DNA from: Candidatus Woesearchaeota archaeon
GTDB taxonomy: Archaea > Nanobdellota > Nanobdellia > Woesearchaeales > 0-14-0-80-44-23
Assembly: GCA_038874135.1 (NCBI GenBank)
Contig: JAVZCZ010000001.1
Location: 576,001-640,000, forward strand
Direction of reading: 5' to 3'
Length of the DNA: 64,000 nucleotides
Shown: piece after piece, positions 56,213 to 64,000 of the stretch
Position numbering within the stretch: the stretch's first letter is position 1
How the letters are laid out: every line of letters begins with the position of its first letter
Made by a program: the position numbers and the translations under genes
Notes under the pieces: generated by a model
Seen by the model: the letters and a program-made list of their open reading frames with translations, nothing else
The model's database searches: none
Told to the model about the DNA's origin: nothing

Positions 56213-58153
56213 TTATTGCACCCCGCAGAAGTAACTGTTCCAATAGTACATGTAGTTTATTACAGGGATATAATAATTCTCATCCGCGGCATTTTTATTG
56301 TTGTAAGTTTTTATTGCACACCTGAGCTTTTCCTGCGTTTCAGCATTCACATATTCCTTACAATAGCTATCGTCAGTAACATAACTCTTTATCCTCTCGG
56401 CAGCACATACTATGTCAGCCACAACATCATAGGCCGGAGCACAGCACTTACATCCTGCAATGTGATAAGGTATCCCTTCAGCATTTAATACATCCCGATT
56501 TGTTCCCAAGCTTGATTCCTTAATCATCATTGCCAGCAGCAACGCCCTGGTTTGCTGTTCATCCAACCAATCTGGCTTATACCTTGTTATTGCCTTGTCC
56601 AGCCCCTCTTTTATCAGGTCTGAGAGGGGTCCGCTGTTGTAAATCTTAACATAATACTTCATATACTCAGGCAGGGACTCCGCCTTGTTTGTACAGTCAA
56701 AGCTGGACTCAATCTTTGGACCAGTGTAAATTCCTAACCCGCCAAAATCCTCAGTGCTTCCACTTTCGTCATTTTCCAAAACATTCAGTTCGTATGTGGA
56801 AGAGAGCCTGTACGAGTAGGATGCACTCACCACTATGAACCCCCTCATGTATCCCGTGCTTCCCAAATTGATATTGTTCTCTGCTTTCAAACCGCACACA
56901 AAGCTTCTAACAGTTGTTATATTATAATCCGGAGGGATTATATCCTTATCCAGCACATAGGTCTGTCCCGAGCCCGTGAAAGGGCAGGATTCCTTATTTG
57001 GAATAAGTGTTAGTCCTAAAGGTAGCTGAACTTTTATGTTGCTTACGCCAATTGCATCTCCAGAAAAGGCACCCCACTGGTTGGTCAAGGCGAAAACAAG
57101 CTCTGCGCTATTTCCCTCAGGTCCGTTAATTGTCATCGGAGTTGGATTAACTTTTATGCCGATGTTGATTGGGCCGTCATTAAACACTGCTTTCTTTTCG
57201 GGGTCAATCTTGTAATATTTTAGTAAGAAGTCCCTGCCATACTGCTGCATGAGGGCATTTCTCCTGCTGTAATCCATCAAGTGTACTGGCAGGTAGGATG
57301 TAGTGTTAAATGGGAATACAATTGAGAATTTCAGCTTGTTTATTCCTGAACTCGTTTTTATTGTTTCTAGGGTGCAGCTTATCGTCCTCTTGTTGCTGCT
57401 TATATCAGGAAAAGGTATCTGCTCCGGGGTAGGCTTTCCAGTGATCCTGCCATTTGAGCAGTTTGTAATCACTGTTATGTCAGGGTATATTCTAAGGTTT
57501 TCTCCTTCTACATCAGCATATACCTCAACAGAGTCTCCAACATAGTAATCCTTGTCAGGCAGCAGCAGCTGGGGTTTGGATATTGAAATTCCTATCAGGT
57601 CTTGAGCCTCCCCTGTTGGGCAGTTTCCAGATGCGCACTGAATCTGCGTATCCACATAGTTTTTGACCTGATTGTTGAATCTCTGCAGCGACTCGCTTAT
57701 GCTTCCGAAGGTTTTTGCAGCAGTTCCTTCTTTTTTATTCTCAGCACTATACACCTTTACCAGGGGCCAGAACATCATTAGGCCCCACACGACTAGCAGG
57801 AGAATAACCATGCTTAGGAAGTATTTGCTCCTGATTAGAGCTGGCAGTATCAACACTCCTACTCCTATGAGTATGGTCCACACTAGGGGGATTCCTGCAA
57901 TGTAAGCAGCAATTGCACCTCCCAGTGCAGCTAAAATTTCTAAGGAAGTATATGTCGGGTTTTCGGAGAACTTGGACATTGAATTGCGATAGGCATCTGC
58001 CAGCTTCTGGCCTCCAGCCTTAAAGGCTCCCTTTATTCCTCTACCAATATTAGAAAAAACCTCTGCTGCTTTTTTCGCAGCAGCATTACTCTCAATTCCG
58101 CTTTTTCTATCATCAATTCTCGGGATTCGTCCCGCTATCGCTTCATCCACCAT
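56213..58153 (-). CDS. membrane protein with Ig-like domains and a C-terminal lytic transglycosylase (SLT/lysozyme-like) domain
   Basis: About 3 N-terminal TMs; beta-rich middle (GPI.I, Y.Y); C-terminal ALLLAMMIKESSLG...DVVADIVCAAERIK...AIKTYN...NYYIPV. Confidence 0.65.
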   Translation of the reverse strand: MVDEAIAGRIPRIDDRKSGIESNAAAKKAAEVFSNIGRGIKGAFKAGGQKLADAYRNSMSKFSENPTYTSLEILAALGGAIAAYIAGIPLVWTILIGVGVLILPALIRSKYFLSMVILLLVVWGLMMFWPLVKVYSAENKKEGTAAKTFGSISESLQRFNNQVKNYVDTQIQCASGNCPTGEAQDLIGISISKPQLLLPDKDYYVGDSVEVYADVEGENLRIYPDITVITNCSNGRITGKPTPEQIPFPDISSNKRTISCTLETIKTSSGINKLKFSIVFPFNTTSYLPVHLMDYSRRNALMQQYGRDFLLKYYKIDPEKKAVFNDGPINIGIKVNPTPMTINGPEGNSAELVFALTNQWGAFSGDAIGVSNIKVQLPLGLTLIPNKESCPFTGSGQTYVLDKDIIPPDYNITTVRSFVCGLKAENNINLGSTGYMRGFIVVSASYSYRLSSTYELNVLENDESGSTEDFGGLGIYTGPKIESSFDCTNKAESLPEYMKYYVKIYNSGPLSDLIKEGLDKAITRYKPDWLDEQQTRALLLAMMIKESSLGTNRDVLNAEGIPYHIAGCKCCAPAYDVVADIVCAAERIKSYVTDDSYCKEYVNAETQEKLRCAIKTYNNKNAADENYYIPVINYMYYWNSYFCGVQ

Positions 58154-58175
58154 CCTCTTTTGCTCCAAACTCCTT

Positions 58176-59384
58176 TTAAGGCAGGTAATATTCAACTTTT
58201 AATTCTGATATGTAAATTGTATTTATAGGTTCTATTTTTATCGCGTTGTTGCCTTCAAGAATTTCTGATGAGGAGAAGTTTATAGAATACTCAACATTTT
58301 TAGTGCTAACCCTCTTGAGAATGTTGTTCAGGCGTATGTTGAACACCTTTTCGGAATTGTCAGGGAAGCGCATGTACATTCTTACTCCGAGAGTTCCGCT
58401 TTTTATTTTTGAATAGTCGCTCTGACTGATATCAAAATAGTAAATCGGGTAGGATATCTCTTTGAATTGGGGAACTATCCTTATCTGTTCTATAGAATAG
58501 AGCCCGCTATCTGTTGAGAATGTTATCCTGTTTTGGCCCTGCTTGAAGTATTCTGGCGAGGCTTCTATGCTATAGGGTGAGCCGCATTCGGGCACGAATG
58601 CTGCAACCTCGTTCTGATTTATTGTGATTGTAAGCTTTCCGCGGTTGGAAGAAGCGCAGTCCGCATAAAACTTCAGATTATACTTTTCTGCGTATGCAAT
58701 TTCAAAATCTGAGATTTCGAAGGAAGCTGTTGCTTTCTGGTATGAAAGGTCAGTTATGTATCCGGTTATCTTTATGTCCAGTAAGTTGTAGTTGTTTTCC
58801 CTCCAGATTGCAAGCCCGGGACTTGAAACTGAAAATTCCAAAGTGTTTGTGCCTTCAACAAGATTATCCTTTGGAAGTTGAATCGGGTTTGGATTGTACG
58901 AAGTTATTTCGCTGTTGAATATCTCCTCTCCATTAAGCTTTATTATGAGCCTTCCGGAGTGGGAGCTAGCTGCAAAAGAGAGCATCAGATTATCTACAGC
59001 TTCTAAGTTTTTAACTTCAAAAGTCACCTGTTTAGAAATCGCTCCGAATATGTTGTTCTTTATATAGAAGGGGTTTATCGTCTTTATCACAGCCGCATTT
59101 CTTGTAACCTTTACAACTAAGTCGTTAACCGAGTGGCCATCTGAATATTTGTCATACATTGAAGAGGCATCAAGCCTTCCAGGCTTTTCATCCAGCAGAA
59201 CCTTATTGGCTGAACTGTCCTGAGAGCTTGAGTTAGTAGCGTTTTCAGTTAGAAGTTCCTGTCTGGTTTCAGGGGGTAAGAAGAGGATGTAAATTATTAT
59301 TAAAAGTCCAATGAGTCCAACAAGAACTCCTGCGCTGGTTGCAGTCTGGGCCTTCCTATTTTTTTTAAGGGGTTGAGCGAGCAT
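58176..59384 (-). CDS. class III signal peptide (pilin-like) protein with beta-sandwich repeats
   Basis: KNRKA|QTATSAGVLVGLIGLLIIIYILFLPP; three repeats ending L.EG.N.(L/I). Confidence 0.75.
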   Translation of the reverse strand: MLAQPLKKNRKAQTATSAGVLVGLIGLLIIIYILFLPPETRQELLTENATNSSSQDSSANKVLLDEKPGRLDASSMYDKYSDGHSVNDLVVKVTRNAAVIKTINPFYIKNNIFGAISKQVTFEVKNLEAVDNLMLSFAASSHSGRLIIKLNGEEIFNSEITSYNPNPIQLPKDNLVEGTNTLEFSVSSPGLAIWRENNYNLLDIKITGYITDLSYQKATASFEISDFEIAYAEKYNLKFYADCASSNRGKLTITINQNEVAAFVPECGSPYSIEASPEYFKQGQNRITFSTDSGLYSIEQIRIVPQFKEISYPIYYFDISQSDYSKIKSGTLGVRMYMRFPDNSEKVFNIRLNNILKRVSTKNVEYSINFSSSEILEGNNAIKIEPINTIYISELKVEYYLP

Positions 59385-59487
59385 TCTGATCCTCCAACAC
59401 TTTCTTAATTACTACTCTAAACAAATAACTTTATATATAAATCTTTTCCTATTTCACTACTTGAAAAAGAGTGAAAAACGAGGCATT

Positions 59488-60540
59488 ATGAAAATACTCT
59501 ATAAGAATATTAAAAAAGGAATAATTAAGGTAAGAGCTGAGTGCTCTGACGATTTATGGGTACTTTCAGAAGTTATAAGTCGGGGCGACACAGTTTCGGG
59601 CAGAACGTTTCGCAAGATTAAACTTGGCGGCGAGGATTCTAAGTCTGAAAGCTACAGGAAAGAGGTCTACCTCTCTATAATTGTAGAGACCATTGAATTT
59701 TATGAATATGGCAACGAGCTCAGAATATCTGGGAAGATAATCAATGCTCAGGAAGATATTCCCGCGGGAGCATATCACACAATTTCAGTTAGGGAAGGGA
59801 GTGAGATAGAGATAGAGAAGAAAGACTGGCTAAACTTTCAATTGGAAAAGCTGGAACAGGCGCAAAACAGAGCACCCAACCTGCTCATATGCCTCTGCGA
59901 CAGGGATTCTGCAGAGTTTTACAGGCCAAGGTTTCAAGGGTATGAAAAGCTTCTTCAACTGAGGGGGGAAGTTGAAAAGAAGATGATGAAGAGCGAGTGC
60001 AAGGACTTCTACGCAGAGATAAAAAAAGCAGTTTTGGAATATAACAAGCGGCTTAATCCGGATAAGATAATTGTAGCGAGTCCGTCCTTCTGGAAGGAGT
60101 CTCTTTCCAAAGCGTTAGATTGTGAGGAGCTTAAGGGGAAGCTTTTATACTCAAGCATAAGTTCAGCAGATTCTACTTCGCTATCAGAATTGATGAAGAG
60201 GCCAGAGGTTTTGGAAGTTTTGAAGCATGACAGGATTGCAAATGAGGACCGCCTGGTTTCTGAGCTTCTTGAGAAGGTTGCTAAGGGAAGGTTGGCAGAG
60301 TACGGTATTGAGCAGGTGCGGCTTGCAACCTCATTGGGCGCTGTTGATAAGCTGTTAGTGGCAGATTCATTGATAAGCGAAGCGGTCAGATCTCGCACTT
60401 ATTCTGAGTTTGAGGAACTCTTTAAGAATGTTGAGAAGATGGGCGGGAAGGTTTTTATTCTCTCCTCAAAGGATGCTCCAGGTCAGAGGCTTCTTGGCCT
60501 TTCAGGAATTGCAGCGACACTCAGGTTTCCAATAAGCTAA
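59488..60540 (+). CDS. pelA: Pelota (Dom34) ribosome rescue factor
   Basis: DDLWVL...TFRKI...LRISGKI...GAYHTI; SPSFWK; YG...LGAV...GIAATLRF. Confidence 0.93.
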   Translation: MKILYKNIKKGIIKVRAECSDDLWVLSEVISRGDTVSGRTFRKIKLGGEDSKSESYRKEVYLSIIVETIEFYEYGNELRISGKIINAQEDIPAGAYHTISVREGSEIEIEKKDWLNFQLEKLEQAQNRAPNLLICLCDRDSAEFYRPRFQGYEKLLQLRGEVEKKMMKSECKDFYAEIKKAVLEYNKRLNPDKIIVASPSFWKESLSKALDCEELKGKLLYSSISSADSTSLSELMKRPEVLEVLKHDRIANEDRLVSELLEKVAKGRLAEYGIEQVRLATSLGAVDKLLVADSLISEAVRSRTYSEFEELFKNVEKMGGKVFILSSKDAPGQRLLGLSGIAATLRFPIS

Positions 60541-61721
60541 GCATTCCTTTTCTGCTTCCTCAGCACCCTTTCAGTTTCAAGAGCTATCATCCTCTCTTCA
60601 TCAGCCTTTACAACTACAACCTTTACAGGTGAATCTTTCTCTGAGATCAACTCTTCATTTTTCATATTCTTCTCTTTGTCAATGTGCACTCCTAAAAATT
60701 CAAGATTCTTAAGAACTGCACTTCTTAGAACTCCAGAGTTTTGGCCTATTCCCCCAGTGAATATTATGACATCAACTCCACCAAGCGCAGCAGCATATGC
60801 CCCGATGTATTTGCTTATCCGGTAAGCAAACATCTCAAAGGCAAGGCGGGCTTTTGGGCTTCCGCTCTTCAGCCCCTTCAACACGTCTCTGAAGTCAGAA
60901 GAATCCCCCATTATGCCAATCACTCCAGATTTCCTATTCAGCATTGTTTCTAATTCTTCAACGCTCATTCCATTTTTGAGAAGGTGAATTATTATTCCAG
61001 GGTCTACATCTCCGCACCGCGTCCCCATCATTAAGCCCTCCATTGGAGTGAAGCCCATGCTGGTGTCTATGCACCTACCGCTAAGCACCGCAGCTACAGA
61101 AGATCCACCTCCAAGATGGCAGCTTATTACCCTTAAATTTTTTAACTTTTTTCCGAGGATCTCAGCAGCTTTTAAGCAGGCGTAGTTGTGGCTTATGCCG
61201 TGAAAGCCATACCTCACTATGCCTTCCTTGTAATATTTCAGCGGGATTGGATATGCTCTGCTCCTTTTAGGAATGGATGTGTGGAATGCAGTGTCAAAAA
61301 CAGCCACTTGAATTGCTTTGGGCATAAGCTTTGCGCACGCTCTGATTCCGAGTAGATTTGCAGGATTATGAAGGGGTGCAAGCCTTGAATATCTCCTTAT
61401 TGTAGAGATCACATGCTTTGTTATTACTACGCTCTCATTGAACTTTCCCCCGTGCACAACCCTGTGTCCAACAGCACCTATTTCAGACAGGCTTCTTATA
61501 ACTGAGTTCGCAGTTAGAATTCTAAAAATTTCATTCAGCGCTTCGCTATGATTTTTGAGTTTGCATCTAAAAGTTTTTTCTCCATCACAGTTTAATATTA
61601 TGAATGAGCCCGGCAGCCCTATCCTATCAGCAATACCCCAGCAAACCTTCTTTCCTCGAGAGAATAGTGCATACTTTATGCTAGTGCTTCCAGAATTTAT
61701 TGAGAGTATCTTGCTAAACAT
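60537..61721 (-). CDS. ackA: acetate kinase
   Basis: INSGSTSIK, GHRVVHGG, APLHN, FDTAFH, RYGFHG, HLGGG, MGTRCGD, FTGGIG. Confidence 0.97.
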   Translation of the reverse strand: MFSKILSINSGSTSIKYALFSRGKKVCWGIADRIGLPGSFIILNCDGEKTFRCKLKNHSEALNEIFRILTANSVIRSLSEIGAVGHRVVHGGKFNESVVITKHVISTIRRYSRLAPLHNPANLLGIRACAKLMPKAIQVAVFDTAFHTSIPKRSRAYPIPLKYYKEGIVRYGFHGISHNYACLKAAEILGKKLKNLRVISCHLGGGSSVAAVLSGRCIDTSMGFTPMEGLMMGTRCGDVDPGIIIHLLKNGMSVEELETMLNRKSGVIGIMGDSSDFRDVLKGLKSGSPKARLAFEMFAYRISKYIGAYAAALGGVDVIIFTGGIGQNSGVLRSAVLKNLEFLGVHIDKEKNMKNEELISEKDSPVKVVVVKADEERMIALETERVLRKQKRNA

Positions 61722-62689
61722 TATTCTTCACCAGCCTGAACAGCCGTTATAGCAGCTACCTCAACTATGTCTTGAACGCTGCACCCCCTGGAAAGGTCAT
61801 TCACAGGCCTGGCAAGTCCCACAATTATGGGACCGACTGCCCTTGCCCCTCCAAATCTTTCCACAAGCTTATACCCTATGTTTCCAGCGTTAAGGTCTGG
61901 AAAGATTAGAACGTTAGCCCTTCCCCTAATCTTTGAGCCAGGCGCCTTCCTCTTAGCAACCTCTGGAACTATTGCAGCGTCCACCTGAAGTTCTCCCTCA
62001 ACTAGCAGGTTAGGCATCTTTTCAGAAGCTATCCTCACGGCATTTTTTACCTTCTCAACAAGCGGGTGGCTGGCGCTTCCGAGTGTTGAGAATGAAAGCA
62101 TCGCAATCCTCGGCTTAATGCCCAACTGAATTGCAAATTCTGCAGCATTTTTAGATATCTCTGCCAGCTGGTTCTCATCAGGATTAGGATTTACTCCGCA
62201 GTCTGAGAATATGAAGTTGCCCATCTTGTGGATCATGAGAAAACATCCGCTGGCAATTGAAACGCCAGGCTTCGTCTTTATTATCTGAAACGCAGGCCTC
62301 AGCGTGTGTTCAGTTGGGTGGGCAGCTCCAGATACTATGCCATCTATTCTTCCATCTTTTAGGAGCATCGCTGCTAGGTACATCTTGTCATTCAACAAGG
62401 TTTTTGCTTCTGAAATTGTAAGCCCCTTTTCCTTTCTAATGTCGTAAAGTCGCGCTGCCATCTCTTCATAATCTAAACTTTTCGTGTCTATTATCTCAAC
62501 TTTTCCGACAATACTTCCTGGTAACTTCTTCTCTATACTGCTCCTTTCCCCAAGTAGAACTGGAATTGCTATCCGCTTTTTGGCTATTATCGCAACTGCT
62601 TTTAGGATTCTATCATCTTCATCTTCAGGAAATAGTATCCTCTTTCCGAGCCTTCTTGCTCTGCTTTCAATTCTTGCGAGAATGTCCAT
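61721..62689 (-). CDS. pta: phosphate acetyltransferase
   Basis: DCGVN, AMLSFST, GELQVDAAI, FPDLNAGNIGYK, NDLSRG. AGGAGG RBS before ATG 62689. Confidence 0.96.
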   Translation of the reverse strand: MDILARIESRARRLGKRILFPEDEDDRILKAVAIIAKKRIAIPVLLGERSSIEKKLPGSIVGKVEIIDTKSLDYEEMAARLYDIRKEKGLTISEAKTLLNDKMYLAAMLLKDGRIDGIVSGAAHPTEHTLRPAFQIIKTKPGVSIASGCFLMIHKMGNFIFSDCGVNPNPDENQLAEISKNAAEFAIQLGIKPRIAMLSFSTLGSASHPLVEKVKNAVRIASEKMPNLLVEGELQVDAAIVPEVAKRKAPGSKIRGRANVLIFPDLNAGNIGYKLVERFGGARAVGPIIVGLARPVNDLSRGCSVQDIVEVAAITAVQAGEE

Positions 62690-62858
62690 AATGCGCCTCC
62701 TTTCAGGTTGATATTCTTCTGTTTGCATTTAAATTTTTTCCGATTTACAAATTTTAACCCACTAATTTAAAATAAACAAAAAGCTTTATAAATCGCTCAG
62801 ATTCCCCAAAGTGGATAAGAGCATAACAAAACAAAATTGCCCATTTGAGGTGTTACTA

Positions 62859-63251
62859 ATGACTACCAAGATTGTAGGAGCAAATTCTCTTCAGAAGGGA
62901 AACTATGTAATAATGGAAGGGGCAGCATGCCGAATAACTGATGTTCAGATATCAAAACCTGGAAAGCACGGGCATTCTAAGGTTAGGTTTGAGGGGGTCG
63001 GCCTTCTAGATAACAAGAAGAGGGTAATGGTGCTGCCTGGACACGACAATGTGGAAGTGCCAATAATTGAAAAGAAGACAGCTCAGGTGCTTTCAATATC
63101 GGGAGATAAGGCAACTGTGATGGATATGGACTCCTACGAGACATTTGAGCTGGAAATTCCGGAAGAGCTGAAGGGACAGGTCACAGAGGGATGCCAGGTT
63201 ATATACTGGGTGGTGCTGGACGCTCGGGTCATGAAGCAGTTAAAAGTGTGA
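62859..63251 (+). CDS. eif5a: translation factor aIF5A
   Basis: Hypusine motif SKPGKHGHSK; GAGGTG RBS. Confidence 0.96.
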   Translation: MTTKIVGANSLQKGNYVIMEGAACRITDVQISKPGKHGHSKVRFEGVGLLDNKKRVMVLPGHDNVEVPIIEKKTAQVLSISGDKATVMDMDSYETFELEIPEELKGQVTEGCQVIYWVVLDARVMKQLKV

Positions 63252-63261
63252 GGTTATAAAA

Positions 63262-63420
63262 ATGAAGTTTCCAGAAGCAGAAGCAAGACTTTTTAAGAAT
63301 GTTTTTGTGTGCAGAAAATGCAAGAGCAAGGTTAGGGCTCCGATGATGAAGGTCTTGGCTAAGAAGGTTTCCTGCAGAAGGTGTGGGAGCAAGGCACTTA
63401 AGCCGGTCAGGAAGAAGTAA
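63262..63420 (+). CDS. rpl40e: 50S ribosomal protein L40e; not in ORF track
   Basis: MKFPEAEARLFKNVFVCRKCKS...CRRCGSKALKPVRKK. Confidence 0.9.
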   Translation: MKFPEAEARLFKNVFVCRKCKSKVRAPMMKVLAKKVSCRRCGSKALKPVRKK

Positions 63421-63474
63421 GCCCTTGATTTCTCTAGATATTCCAAAAGATTATTAACTACACATTGTTCTACA

Positions 63475-64000
63475 ATGGTAATGCTTACCCCCATGCCTAA
63501 TGCAGATTCAATAGAGTTTAAGCAGGAGTTTATAGAAAGATACTCTCAGCTTACGGATTTTGAAGAGTTCAGAAGGGTTTCTTTGTCATTTCCGCGAAAG
63601 GCATTTAGAATAAATACGCTTAAGGCAGATGTAAGGGATGTGTTAGAAGGCTTTAAGAGGGAGTGGGATATAAAGCAGGTGCCCTGGTGTGCTGAAGGAT
63701 TCTTTGTGGAGAGCGAGCGCCGAGACATTGGAAACACCCTGGAACATTCTTTAGGCTTAATATACGTGCAAGATGCTGCTTCAATGATTCCAGCAGTAGT
63801 GCTTAATCCAAGCCCAGGCGAGGTTGTGCTGGATATGTGTGCTGCTCCCGGTTCAAAAAGCACACAAATCGCTCAGTATATGAAAAATCAGGGGCTTCTA
63901 ATTTCTAATGACAGCGATTATAAAAGGATAAAGGCATTAGCCATGAACCTTCAAAGGTGCGGGGTGGCAAATGCAGTAATAACGCTGACAGATGCTCAGA
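63475..64000 (+). CDS. RsmB/NOP2 (m5C) RNA methyltransferase, 3'-truncated
   Basis: FRINTLK, VPW, YVQDAASMIP, LDMCAAPGSKSTQ; runs off the window. Confidence 0.93.
   Translation, partial: MVMLTPMPNADSIEFKQEFIERYSQLTDFEEFRRVSLSFPRKAFRINTLKADVRDVLEGFKREWDIKQVPWCAEGFFVESERRDIGNTLEHSLGLIYVQDAASMIPAVVLNPSPGEVVLDMCAAPGSKSTQIAQYMKNQGLLISNDSDYKRIKALAMNLQRCGVANAVITLTDAQ

Noticed and set aside
63240-63494. 84-aa minus-strand ORF
   Set aside because: Antisense shadow of L40e (63262-63420, plus strand).
1-64000. Stop-codon reassignment, selenocysteine or tRNA introns
   Set aside because: Conserved genes are full length in the standard code using all three stops, and the four tRNAs fold without introns.

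Overview
Archaeal chromosomal DNA, most likely a DPANN archaeon of the Woesearchaeota type (inferred from gene content: archaeal information-processing genes, many class III signal-peptide genes, bacterial-type Pta/AckA and a trimeric [FeFe]-hydrogenase). The window holds a probable replication origin: an ~1 kb AT-rich intergenic region with inverted ORB-like boxes before cdc6/orc1-DP1-DP2. A tbp-mcm-RPA operon nearby has its own ORB-like pair and three phased TATA boxes. Also present are four tRNAs (Thr-CGT, Asn-GTT, Ala-CGC, Leu-GAG), the S13-S4-S11-rpoD-tRNA-Leu-L18e-L13-S9-rpoN cluster and many RNA-processing genes. The most unusual content is a large cell-surface inventory: a tandem array of at least 7 pilin-like genes; two mini-pilins ending in a beta-defensin-like six-cysteine motif; a five-gene cluster (pilin-like protein, membrane protein with a lytic-transglycosylase-like C-terminal domain, three paralogous lipoproteins); and a bacterial-type copper-amine-oxidase-N-domain surface protein. 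Also notable are an asparagine module (AsnC regulator, degenerate AsnRS-like fragment, AsnRS, tRNA-Asn) and a HydABC hydrogenase whose HydB has lost several cofactor ligands. No CRISPR array, transposase, integrase, intein or rRNA was seen. All calls come from reading motifs by eye, with no database searches. Several starts were moved from the ORF track to better ATG/RBS positions.
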